A stretch of 64,000 bases of DNA from a virus (Duplodnaviria > Caudoviricetes): positions 32,001 to 96,000 of the IMG/VR virus record IMGVR_UViG_3300046710_000146; one strand, written 5' to 3'. The translations under genes were made by a program, and so were the position numbers. Shown here piece by piece: positions 1 to 8,757 of the stretch. The notes under the pieces are model-generated. The model was not told the DNA's origin. It saw nothing but the letters and a program-made list of their open reading frames with translations, and did not search any database. Numbering within the stretch: position 1 is the stretch's first letter; every line of letters begins with the position of its first letter.

Positions 1-444
1 GAAACTGAAGGTGTTGAAGGGTTGGTGATCCAGTTCAAGAACGGCGACATGGTGAAGTGCAAGACCAAATGGTACTGTGATCTGCATCATGCGGTAACCT
101 TCACCCGATGGCGTGACATCGCTCGTGCGGTTGTTGCCGACAAATCGGATGATCTGAAGGGTGCATTTGCCTTGACTGGCCGCTCGATCGAGCCGATCAT
201 CCAAGTTGAACACAAGATCGCTCAGCGCATTCGCGTTGTTGAGAATGCGGTGGAGCAGCACGTTGGGAACGGCCGAGTGCTGAATCGCACGCCCAAGGAC
301 ATGGCCCTGGCGCTGCGTGATCATGAGCTGTTCGGGCTGATCATGCGCGCCTTCCGTGATCAAGAGGTGAACTACATGGAGTTCTACGAGAAGAACTACC
401 TTGATCTTGACTGGTCGTTAGAGGTTGTTGGAGAAGAACAATGA
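1..444 (+). CDS. rnlA: RNA ligase 1 (T4 RnlA-like), C-terminal part; gene starts before the window
   Basis: Frame is open from base 1: ETEGVEGLVIQFKNGDMVKCKTKWYCDLH contains ligase motif IV (EG-x-V) and motif V (K-x-K) followed by the WY..H typical of Rnl1. Confidence 0.8.
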   Translation, partial: ETEGVEGLVIQFKNGDMVKCKTKWYCDLHHAVTFTRWRDIARAVVADKSDDLKGAFALTGRSIEPIIQVEHKIAQRIRVVENAVEQHVGNGRVLNRTPKDMALALRDHELFGLIMRAFRDQEVNYMEFYEKNYLDLDWSLEVVGEEQ

Positions 445-629
445 AGTTCAAAATGACCCCAGCCCGTTGGCTGTTCATCGTGAGTACGATTTACTTCGTT
501 ATTGGCATGGGCAACATCTTCATCTACCACTTCACTAAGACTGAGATCATTCAGGTCGTGTGGGTGATCATCTTGAGCATGCCGCTTTATGTTCCCCCAT
601 TGGGGCGTTGGGTAGGGTTGAAGTTCTAA
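441..629 (+). CDS. small two-TM membrane protein
   Basis: Two hydrophobic segments; ATGA overlap with the upstream gene; GGAG SD. Confidence 0.6.
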   Translation: MKFKMTPARWLFIVSTIYFVIGMGNIFIYHFTKTEIIQVVWVIILSMPLYVPPLGRWVGLKF

Positions 630-1006
630 TGCTCAACACGACACTTTATACTGGTTCTGGCTTTACAGCAGGGGCGGCGCTCTGCATCAGACGCCGCCTG
701 TTCATTGCTGGTTGGGATCTTCTACCAACCTTGCAGCGCCTGAAGATGAACCCTCGTGAAAGCCGCCTTGCGGTTGGGTTCATAGATCAGACTCCAGTAG
801 CGCTCGCGTTGTTCGAAAAAGCAGACAGGATGGTGATGGCGTTCTGCCGCAAGGATGCACGCCGGAATGGGTACGGCTCCGCGTGCGTGCAGGCACTGAA
901 ACTCACGTTCGATGAGCATGGTTGGGCAGGTGAAGGCATTCAAGGTACGCATCTATTCTGGCAGAAGAACTGGGTACTTGTTAGCAGGCGCACGCGCTTC
1001 ATGTGA
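629..1006 (+). CDS. GNAT-family acetyltransferase
   Basis: Acetyl-CoA motif A 'ARRNGYGSACV' and C-terminal 'FWQK'; ATG overlaps the upstream TAA. Confidence 0.6.
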   Translation: MLNTTLYTGSGFTAGAALCIRRRLFIAGWDLLPTLQRLKMNPRESRLAVGFIDQTPVALALFEKADRMVMAFCRKDARRNGYGSACVQALKLTFDEHGWAGEGIQGTHLFWQKNWVLVSRRTRFM

Positions 1007-1010
1007 CATT

Positions 1011-1325
1011 ATGAGCCACTATGATGCATATGTGCGTGGCGACTGGGACCATGAGCGGCAAGATTATGTCTCTGGTCGAAAATATGGGAAACCCATGGGC
1101 CCAAATGCGCCACATATTCCAAATGGCGCGGAGCGGAAAGAGCTTGCACGGATCATGCAGCGATCTGGTCTGACTGAGGAAGAGGTGCGCCTGAATAAGG
1201 TTCACCGCATTGCACTGGCTAAGGCTAGAAAAGAACCAACCCGGTCAGGCACAACCGATCGCGTGAAGCTTGCACTAAAGCGCAAGGCTAGAAAAGCAAG
1301 GAACGCTGAAGTTCCACCGCTCTAA
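1011..1325 (+). CDS. hypothetical basic protein
   Basis: ORF (MSHYDAY...) fills the operon up to the terminator. Confidence 0.5.
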   Translation: MSHYDAYVRGDWDHERQDYVSGRKYGKPMGPNAPHIPNGAERKELARIMQRSGLTEEEVRLNKVHRIALAKARKEPTRSGTTDRVKLALKRKARKARNAEVPPL

Positions 1326-1345
1326 AGGTGCCCAGCTGCACCAGA

Positions 1346-1372
1346 AACAAAACCGGGACCCTAGGGTCCCGG
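1346..1372. terminator. intrinsic terminator between convergent genes (T-tract on the minus strand, for phoH)
   Basis: Perfect palindrome CCGGGACCCTAGGGTCCCGG preceded by AAACAAAA. Confidence 0.75.
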
Positions 1373-1391
1373 ACCTGTAAGGTACTACAGC

Positions 1392-2144
1392 TTATGCTCG
1401 ACGTTTCACCAGGCCACCCTTCGTGGCAAGTTCATCTGGTCCGTCCAGATAGGTCAGGAGCTCTTTGACGAGCTCGGAACGTTGAATATCGCGATGTGAA
1501 AATTCAATCACGTTGATCATGCTCGAGCGGCCACGGAGTCGACGTACCAACCACTCCAAACCATTCTCTGGAATGCCACGTAGATCAGACTGTGTGACAT
1601 CACCATTTACCACGAATGTCGAGTAGTTACCTGCTCGCGTGACAAAAAGCTTGATTTGTTCAATGGTGGTGTTTTGCGCTTCGTCGAGAATGACATACGC
1701 GTTGTTGAACGTTCGGCCTCGCATGTACGCGAGTGGCGCAAACTCAATCTTCTCATTATCCATGAGCTTCTTTGCCATGGTCGGACCAACCAGCTCCTCG
1801 AGTGCATCGAGCAGTGGCAGAAGATACGGGCTGATCTTCTCTTCAAAGGTCCCTGGAAGGAACCCTAAACTTTCTCCAGCCTCGCACACGGGACGTGTCA
1901 AGACGATCTTGGAGACCTCATTGCTCAGTAGCTTCTCAATGCCAACGGCCATGGCGAGAAAAGATTTACCGGCTCCGGCTGGCCCTGTTCCAATCGTGAG
2001 TCTTGAGTCACGAAGAGAGTCAAGGTAGTACTCTTGCGCGGGGGTCTTTGCCTGTGGGGTGAATTTCAGCTTGATTACTTTTGGCCCTTCTACGTTGATT
2101 GGTTGGGGGTATTTGTTGTCACGGTGCAGTATCTTACGACCCAT
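1392..2144 (-). CDS. phoH: PhoH-family ATPase
   Basis: GPAGAGKS Walker A, TRP, GFLPG, YMRGRTF, DEAQN, GDVTQSD; AGGAGG SD before ATG at 2144. Confidence 0.95.
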   Translation of the reverse strand: MGRKILHRDNKYPQPINVEGPKVIKLKFTPQAKTPAQEYYLDSLRDSRLTIGTGPAGAGKSFLAMAVGIEKLLSNEVSKIVLTRPVCEAGESLGFLPGTFEEKISPYLLPLLDALEELVGPTMAKKLMDNEKIEFAPLAYMRGRTFNNAYVILDEAQNTTIEQIKLFVTRAGNYSTFVVNGDVTQSDLRGIPENGLEWLVRRLRGRSSMINVIEFSHRDIQRSELVKELLTYLDGPDELATKGGLVKRRA

Positions 2145-2349
2145 GGATCCTCCTACAGGATGGGTTGTTACGAACGTCAAGTGGGGATGAACCCCCACTT
2201 GACGGGCCTGATTAGTCAGCGGGGCGGCAGATGTTTGCTGTGCAACGTTTATGTATGCACCTTTAGGTAGGAATATGCCCTTGACATCCTCGAGAACAGC
2301 GGCGACGTGATGCGCCGTTGGAGAGCTTGGAGCGCAGATGCGCATGTTC

Positions 2350-2715
2350 TTAGTACTGTTTGCCGAGGACGAAGTGCATCCAGTCCACTGGAGACTGGTC
2401 ACGGTTCCAAAGCAGGCTCTCACCAGCAGCGGTGCAATCAAGCAGATATGTCGCGAGCTTCACATGCTCAGCGTCGCTCAATGCTAACAGCGCTTCTTTC
2501 ATGGCAGATGAGGTACCCTGATCATTGAACGAGACAGGATTTTCAAGATAAAGATCGACACTCTTACAGCCGTTCTTGAAGAATGAGCTCAGGTGTCCAA
2601 GCACAAACAACTGGTACGGGTTCGTGACCTTGCCAGCTGAAATGATCTCTTTGAGAGTCAGATCAACTAGCCGCGTTGCGTGTTGTTCGTACAGAACCGA
2701 TTGTAAGAGCTTCAT
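2350..2715 (-). CDS. hypothetical late (probable head-interior) protein
   Basis: TAAATA box at 2743-2748; N-terminal MKLLQSVLYE resembles a head-protein propeptide. Confidence 0.6.
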   Translation of the reverse strand: MKLLQSVLYEQHATRLVDLTLKEIISAGKVTNPYQLFVLGHLSSFFKNGCKSVDLYLENPVSFNDQGTSSAMKEALLALSDAEHVKLATYLLDCTAAGESLLWNRDQSPVDWMHFVLGKQY

Positions 2716-2806
2716 GGGTCAACCCAATATGTTGTTGTGACTTATTTAGCCACTGTAGCCGGTCGTTCTAAGTACTGTATGACCTTATGACTACGGGAGA
2801 ACTTAA

Positions 2807-3019
2807 ATGTGGGTTGATCAACAAGAAACGCCGATGGTGCCAGCAACTGAATGGGGTGGGCTGTCGTACAACCAAATGTTGGATACGAAGAACCAGCTGT
2901 TGAACAAGCTCAGCATGGCCCGAGGAAACCCAGCATATACGAAGCCAATTGGGGAAGCACTCAAGCGGATCGAGGTTTTGCTCGCTGTGAAGCTGCATGA
3001 CCCTCGCGGCCTTTCTTAA
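2807..3019 (+). CDS. hypothetical protein
   Basis: GGGAG SD; 70-aa ORF. Confidence 0.55.
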   Translation: MWVDQQETPMVPATEWGGLSYNQMLDTKNQLLNKLSMARGNPAYTKPIGEALKRIEVLLAVKLHDPRGLS

Positions 3020-3023
3020 GCGG

Positions 3024-3950
3024 CTAGGCTAGCCGCATAAATGATGGGTCCTTCTTAATGTCATAAGCGGTTCGACCTGTTTTCTTACAGGCTTCTGTCA
3101 GGCCATAGTATTGCACGCCTCGAACTCGCACTGGCTTCGACTTCTGGCGCTTCTCTGCTTCTGTCGCCGCCTTACCTTTACGAGGGCTAATTCGCCCGAT
3201 GGATGCCACTGAAAGTTTAGCCCTCGTCTCACTAGAGAGGTGGCGACCTGTAGCGAGCACTCGTAATTTTTGACGCTGTTCTTCCGACATAGGAGTTCGC
3301 GTCTTTGGTTTCCAACGCGTAGAATCGTCCAATGATCCATCTTCATTAACAAGGCAAAATGTAGGAAGCTTCCTTAAGGCGTGTTTTGACGGAAGGTTCA
3401 ATTTTTTGATAGCATCCCGCATGGTGTCGTAAACAGTTCCATCAACAATGCACTGTTTAGCTGAAGGGTTGAGTGCACCAGTCTTTGAAATAGAATAGTT
3501 CGCCTTCTGATCGTTGGATCGTGCACCAGTAGAAACGCCCATTCTCGCCGCCGAGATTTTGGCACGGTGAGCGTCACTTATAATCATGCCAGTCATCTGT
3601 TCTTTAGTTGCTTCTGCCTTTAGCTTTCTTGATTCAGCAAACTGTCTAGATGTTGGAACGTGTCTTAGCCCACCGGAGCCGCGAACACAAAATTGCCATA
3701 GTGCGTGGCACATCTTCCGGTTGTCGGGCCCTGTCGTCATTCGCACCAATAGAAGATGGGCGAGGAAATGCTCTCGCCCAGTTAGCAAAACGAGATTTGA
3801 CCCGAGACCGCCGCCCATTGATTTTGGCACCGCGTGATGCACCTCGTAATAGGTGCCCTGACCCTTCTTACGTGGTTCACTGCGTGCTTTTTCAATAAGC
3901 CTAGCATAGTAGCGTGAGTACTTGTTATCTCTAAATAAGAACATCTTCAT
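3024..3950 (-). mobile_element. free-standing HNH homing endonuclease with NUMOD3-type DNA-binding repeats
   Basis: YYEVHHAVPKSMGG...NLVLLTGREHFLAHLLL HNH core; HRAKISAARMG and HLSSETRAKLS repeats; AT-richer than neighbours. Confidence 0.9.
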
Positions 3951-4014
3951 CAATCATAGCTGGCGATGAAGATATTTATGTGTTTCAGCCAGCGGAACCT
4001 AAGGAGTTCATCCC

Positions 4015-6093
4015 GTGTATAATTTATTTTGGCGTTCGCCAGCTCTTCCGTTTGTCCAAAAGCAGACCCCCATCCTAGTACCAGCCGGTGCAATTGTTTC
4101 AACTGCCTCGTCACTTCGGTTCACGGGTAAGGGTGCAACGAACTATGGCAAGGTCCAGCAGGAGAACCTGCTCCGATTACTCGAGAACTTCGCGGGTGAT
4201 GCATCTCCTGATTACCCAACGGTTGGGCAGGTCTGGTTTGATACTCTTGAGGGGGTGCTCAAGGTCTGCGTGAACACCTCACCGGGGCCAACGCTCTGGC
4301 AGCAGCTGAACAGCACGCAGGTCACCCCGCCTGGTGCACCGCCCCCAACAACGGCAACGCTTGGTGACTCTTGGTTCTCTCAGACTGGATCGGCATCGGG
4401 TGTCCTATATGTTTACACTGGCATCGGCCGCTATCCACAGGTTGATTGGGACGCGACCGCTGCTGGATACTGGCCAGCCCCTGCAACATTCGATCTTCAG
4501 GTCATTCTGAATGCACAGGTGTTCGGTCCTGCGAACACGAACTTCAATGAAATGTACATTCACGGCACAACGGCTGGGCTCCCTGCTGATGTGGCTGGTA
4601 GCGTGTTGCTCGATGGGGTGCAGACCGTCGTGCCGGCCGGGTTTGCCGGCGTGAACTACGCCGTTACTGATGGGCTTATTGTTGTTGACCCAACGGCGAC
4701 GATGACGAGCACCGCAGCCGGGCAGGCGTACTTTGTGGTCCGCCGATTTGACGACGGGCGCTGGTTCTACGATAATCACACCACTCAAGTCGAGTTCGTA
4801 CCAACTGCCGCAATGTACGCAATTGGGGTCTGCACGATCACTGAACAAGACGACCAGAACGCTCCTGGCGTGGTTGCCGCAACGATGTGGTCAGCGGCAA
4901 AGCGGCTGACGAACATCACCCAAGCTGCAGGCGCCATGGTCGCAGGCGCAATCGGGGGCTGGGAACAAGTATGGCCAACCGTTGAAGTTGCTGGTGGCCG
5001 TCTTGAGTACGAATATTTGTACAGCCAGCTGGCATCCTTGATTGGCGACCCAATCGTCTTTGGGGGTTCAGCCGCTGAAGGGAAGAGCATTCCGTATTTG
5101 ACGAACTTCCAAGTGCTGGACGCCAGCATGCAGGCAGCATACGCCACTCGGTTTCCAACTGACCAAAATGTTTTTGCGAACGGTACTCTAAATTCGCTGA
5201 AGGTCGCGCCAAACTCACAAGACTGGGATGCGTTGCTCTCCGCTTGCCGGTACGCGGTGAATAGACTTGAACTCCCAGTTGGTGCCGCTGATGACGTGGC
5301 AACCTATCCGTTCGTGCAAGATGATCTGCCAGGTAAGGCGATCGCGTTCACTGACATTCGTGCGCTGCCCGCAGCCCGCAAGGTGCGCACTCGTGTAGGA
5401 ACAATCACCCTCGTCTCGCAGTATCAGGAAACATCAAATGTGCTGCGCGCCGCGATCAACAATCGGTATGTTGGTAAAGGAATACTTGGTGCATCAGGAG
5501 TTGGAACACCCCTGCCAACGGTGGTCGCTACGAACCAAGCGTCGTACACCGCAAATGCAGCATCGTTCTCTGGGACCGTATCTCACGGGCTGGCATATCA
5601 ATTTGCGCACACGCACCCAGATCTTGAGGCGTTCTTCTATTCAGCTGGAGTTATTCAGCTCATGATGGCACACACCCCAAGCGGTTCACCCGCCGGTGCA
5701 GACGCAGCGCTGCAGTTGTTGACATCAACCTATGGACGAATTCGCATTGCTGCTGACAAAACATACGTGATGTCAACAGGCCCGATGCCAGCGCTTGTGT
5801 TGGTTCCAAATTCACTTGGGTTCAATAACTTTACTGCCGGTGGCGTGGTGTTGGCGTCGATAACAAGTGGAGCCTCAACAGTCGTGATTCGCGGAGTGCG
5901 TGAAAGCGCATGGGTCGTGTCAATCTATGTTGACATCACCGCTGGCGGAGCAACAACTGGCACGTTCAACGTTCTGTGGAGCTACATCGGTGACGCTGAG
6001 CAGTACAACAACCCAGGCCCAACCTTGGTTTATCCAGTTCCAGATGTGAACTCGACAGGTGTTCACAAGCGAGGATCGTTTTTGTTTGTGTAA
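4015..6093 (+). CDS. virion structural protein (baseplate/fibre-associated)
   Basis: N-terminal GKGATNYG..QENLLRLLENFA..P.YPTVGQVWFD motif seen in large-phage structural proteins; G/T/A-rich; AAGGAG SD; upstream TAAATA. Confidence 0.75.
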   Translation: MYNLFWRSPALPFVQKQTPILVPAGAIVSTASSLRFTGKGATNYGKVQQENLLRLLENFAGDASPDYPTVGQVWFDTLEGVLKVCVNTSPGPTLWQQLNSTQVTPPGAPPPTTATLGDSWFSQTGSASGVLYVYTGIGRYPQVDWDATAAGYWPAPATFDLQVILNAQVFGPANTNFNEMYIHGTTAGLPADVAGSVLLDGVQTVVPAGFAGVNYAVTDGLIVVDPTATMTSTAAGQAYFVVRRFDDGRWFYDNHTTQVEFVPTAAMYAIGVCTITEQDDQNAPGVVAATMWSAAKRLTNITQAAGAMVAGAIGGWEQVWPTVEVAGGRLEYEYLYSQLASLIGDPIVFGGSAAEGKSIPYLTNFQVLDASMQAAYATRFPTDQNVFANGTLNSLKVAPNSQDWDALLSACRYAVNRLELPVGAADDVATYPFVQDDLPGKAIAFTDIRALPAARKVRTRVGTITLVSQYQETSNVLRAAINNRYVGKGILGASGVGTPLPTVVATNQASYTANAASFSGTVSHGLAYQFAHTHPDLEAFFYSAGVIQLMMAHTPSGSPAGADAALQLLTSTYGRIRIAADKTYVMSTGPMPALVLVPNSLGFNNFTAGGVVLASITSGASTVVIRGVRESAWVVSIYVDITAGGATTGTFNVLWSYIGDAEQYNNPGPTLVYPVPDVNSTGVHKRGSFLFV

Positions 6094-6162
6094 CCTATTA
6101 CTCAGGTTTTACACGGGGTTCATGGAAGGCTACAATACACCTTAACCATAGGAGATTATTGA

Positions 6163-6447
6163 ATGAAGCGAACCCCCATCATAGCACCTGCACAGGTTTA
6201 TCTGCACAATGAACACAACGAGTATGTTGTGGTCACGAAGGTAAACCGAGGAGACATTCAGTTTAGGGGGAATGGGTTCTACGGGATGAATGAGTCAGAG
6301 CTTTTCCTTGAAAGATTCTCACCCGTTGATCCTGCTGACTTGACCACCGACGAAACGAATGAACTCACAATGTTCTTGGCCTCCCCTCAACCGCTTCTGG
6401 TTGGGTGGGTTACGCCAGACGACGATGAAGACGATTTTGAAGACTAG
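6163..6447 (+). CDS. hypothetical protein
   Basis: TTTACA / TACAAT sigma70-like promoter upstream; AGGAG SD. Confidence 0.7.
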   Translation: MKRTPIIAPAQVYLHNEHNEYVVVTKVNRGDIQFRGNGFYGMNESELFLERFSPVDPADLTTDETNELTMFLASPQPLLVGWVTPDDDEDDFED

Positions 6448-6455
6448 GAGGAGAC

Positions 6456-6956
6456 ATGGCAGGAAAGATTTTTAGTTCACGAGATGAAATTTCATTCGAT
6501 GCAACATTGAGTGACTTCGTTTTTCTTGTGCACGATGTCCTTGAAAAAGATGAAGAGCCGGCGGCTGGTATTGAAGACCTGTTGGCACAGCTTGATACTG
6601 GTCTTGTTGAAATTGCTGAGGCGTACCAGCATCTGCATGAGCTGTGTGCAGCTCTGGCGATGGATGTACTAACGCTGTCAGTACATAACGGCAAGATGCT
6701 GAATGAGCTTAAGGTGGCGTTGAGGGCATTGGAGGCGCTAGCAGCACCGCCAAATGGTCAACCATTCGAGAAGGCGCTTCTGATCTTGAAGCGCGAAGGC
6801 GAGCCAGACATCTCAGCGGCCTCAGTGAATCCAGCGGATCCAAATGAGATTGAGATGAATATACAGCTCACATTCACCGAGGAAAAACTTGCCGAAGCGC
6901 TGCGCATCGCGATTTCTGAGTACATTAACGAGACAGTCTTTGAAGCTCTAGACTGA
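6456..6956 (+). CDS. hypothetical acidic protein
   Basis: AGGAGGAG SD; 166-aa ORF. Confidence 0.7.
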   Translation: MAGKIFSSRDEISFDATLSDFVFLVHDVLEKDEEPAAGIEDLLAQLDTGLVEIAEAYQHLHELCAALAMDVLTLSVHNGKMLNELKVALRALEALAAPPNGQPFEKALLILKREGEPDISAASVNPADPNEIEMNIQLTFTEEKLAEALRIAISEYINETVFEALD

Positions 6957-7430
6957 CATCTTCGTTCTCTCTTGCCGGGGCCTGGTATCTTTACCACGGC
7001 CCCGGCTTTGGTTTGAGATCATGAACCCAGGGTACATCTGCTTGTACGCATTGGCCGTTTCAGCCTCCCGTACTTGAGCTAACTTCCTTGTCTCAAATCC
7101 ACCTTCCAACGCGATCAGCTTGAACTTAAAGCCAAGTGCCCCATGCATGTACCGTGGATCATACAGATCACTCTTGCCATGCTTGGTCTTTACTGAGCAT
7201 CGTACGAATTCAGAGATGTGCTCGCTTAATCGTACACGCGGGTCACGCGCGGTTTCGCCAATGTAGTGAAACAGGATCTCGCGATCAGCATGAACAATTA
7301 GGACCTGAAACAGGTACACCGTGTGCTGCCCCGGAACGTGCTTACCGGTGTCTGCAGCTTGACTATGAGGTAACGCTAGAATGAATCGCTGCCATTCTGA
7401 CGCAAGTTCGTTTAAAGAGTGTGGGGTCAT
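6948..7430 (-). CDS. GIY-YIG nuclease-family protein
   Basis: VYLF...HYIGET...RVRLSEH...E...N: GIY-YIG motifs with conserved R, H, E and N. Confidence 0.7.
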   Translation of the reverse strand: MTPHSLNELASEWQRFILALPHSQAADTGKHVPGQHTVYLFQVLIVHADREILFHYIGETARDPRVRLSEHISEFVRCSVKTKHGKSDLYDPRYMHGALGFKFKLIALEGGFETRKLAQVREAETANAYKQMYPGFMISNQSRGRGKDTRPRQERTKMSV

Positions 7431-7463
7431 TTCCGTCCTTGCTTCGACGGATATAGCATTGTA

Positions 7464-7531
7464 CGTTACAAGTTCCTTGATCGTTACAGAATCGTGGGAC
7501 CATCATCCTGAATTGGGTTTATAATTCACCC
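7464..7531 (+). promoter_or_regulatory. early promoter with paired GTTACA boxes and TATAAT; leaderless start
   Basis: CGTTACA at 7464 and 7482; TATAAT at 7520-7525; ATG 6 nt downstream. Confidence 0.6.
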
Positions 7532-7885
7532 ATGAACACAAATGATCTTACCTTCCACGCAATGACCGATATCGTCGTCATTGGTACGAACCCCGAATGC
7601 GCTGATTACGGCAATCCAAGCGGTGATATTTTTGGTCACGCTGCGTATGTGGTCGCTGAAGATCACCGCGGTGAACGAGTTCGCTTGTTTATCAAATCTG
7701 CTCGCTATGAGGAAGATGCTCTTCCTCAAGCTCAACGTCAAGCCGAAGCGCTTACCGCTCGTTTCGCACGTGGTATGCTGCCAATTGCCTTTGACTGCTG
7801 GACCTCTACTTATCCCGCTTATGGTTCCCCTGCGTTCTCAAACGATGAGATGCACGAATGGGAAGTCTCTTTGGAGCAAGCATGA
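7532..7885 (+). CDS. hypothetical early protein
   Basis: First ORF after the promoter; ATGA-coupled to the next ORF. Confidence 0.7.
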   Translation: MNTNDLTFHAMTDIVVIGTNPECADYGNPSGDIFGHAAYVVAEDHRGERVRLFIKSARYEEDALPQAQRQAEALTARFARGMLPIAFDCWTSTYPAYGSPAFSNDEMHEWEVSLEQA

Positions 7886-8055
7886 AAACCCCTCTCACTA
7901 CTCTTGAAGTCGGCATGCGCATCATCTGCATTGAGCACCCCGAATGGGGTACCTGGGTCGTGTCCAAGGACCGCAATGGTTGGGTGATCACCGCCTTTCC
8001 ACAGGGGTCGCGAATGCTTGACATCGCTGAAGCAAAATTTTGGAGACTTGCATGA
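7882..8055 (+). CDS. hypothetical protein (HPEWGTW motif)
   Basis: GGAG SD; ATGA overlaps at both ends. Confidence 0.6.
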   Translation: MKTPLTTLEVGMRIICIEHPEWGTWVVSKDRNGWVITAFPQGSRMLDIAEAKFWRLA

Positions 8056-8279
8056 TTGAAAGATTCTTCACTGAAAGATTCTTCACTGCGGTCATGCAGT
8101 ACATGATTGCTCGTATGCTCATGGGCGGCATGTACGTTAAGATGAAAGGTCGTTGGTATCCGTGCCACACACTGCGAGTGTTGGCTGATGGAACGCGAAG
8201 CTTCAAGCGTGATGACGCAGATGGTGGAGCATTCTACGACACATCCCCCGGAGTTGAGAACATCAAGGAGTACCTATGA
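8052..8279 (+). CDS. hypothetical protein
   Basis: GGAG SD; ATGA coupling; contains a 15-bp tandem duplication. Confidence 0.55.
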   Translation: MIERFFTERFFTAVMQYMIARMLMGGMYVKMKGRWYPCHTLRVLADGTRSFKRDDADGGAFYDTSPGVENIKEYL

Positions 8280-8545
8280 GCGATAAACTTGCAGCCGTCA
8301 TCACTGAACTGACAAAATCCAGGAACATGCAGAAGGGCGCATGGCAGCGCGTGATTGAGGCCAGCCGAGCATATGCACAGATGAAGGCGCATGGCTCGTA
8401 CATCGAGCGTGGATCCTTGATCTCCGTTTGCTTCAGCGATCGAGAACGCATGATCAAGCATTTTTCCGACAATCTGCTTGTTGAAGCAGAACGCGCGTTC
8501 ACTGAAGACGCGCTCATGGGCGCCGCGCTGGCCAATCAGACATGA
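8276..8545 (+). CDS. hypothetical protein
   Basis: AAGGAG SD; ATGA coupling. Confidence 0.6.
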   Translation: MSDKLAAVITELTKSRNMQKGAWQRVIEASRAYAQMKAHGSYIERGSLISVCFSDRERMIKHFSDNLLVEAERAFTEDALMGAALANQT

Positions 8546-8730
8546 ACTGGATTCAGTGCACCAAAGCCTCACTTGAGGCGCTAGAAGACGGCACGGTGTG
8601 TTGGGTGTTCAGTCGCGATACTAAAAGCGCGAGTGCCGCGGTGTTTCGCCAGGGTAAATGGCACTGTCATCATGCGGAGCACTTCACGGTGCCAGCCGTT
8701 TCACGTTATATTGTTCTTCCTTCGAAGTGA
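8542..8730 (+). CDS. hypothetical protein
   Basis: ATGA coupling; MNWI.. start common in small phage proteins. Confidence 0.5.
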   Translation: MNWIQCTKASLEALEDGTVCWVFSRDTKSASAAVFRQGKWHCHHAEHFTVPAVSRYIVLPSK

Positions 8731-8757
8731 TATAATGCGTCATCAACTGGAGATTCA

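Noticed and set aside
2145-2441. N-terminal extension of PhoH in the ORF track (349 aa)
   Set aside because: It overlaps the upstream gene, and a strong AGGAGG SD supports the start at 2144
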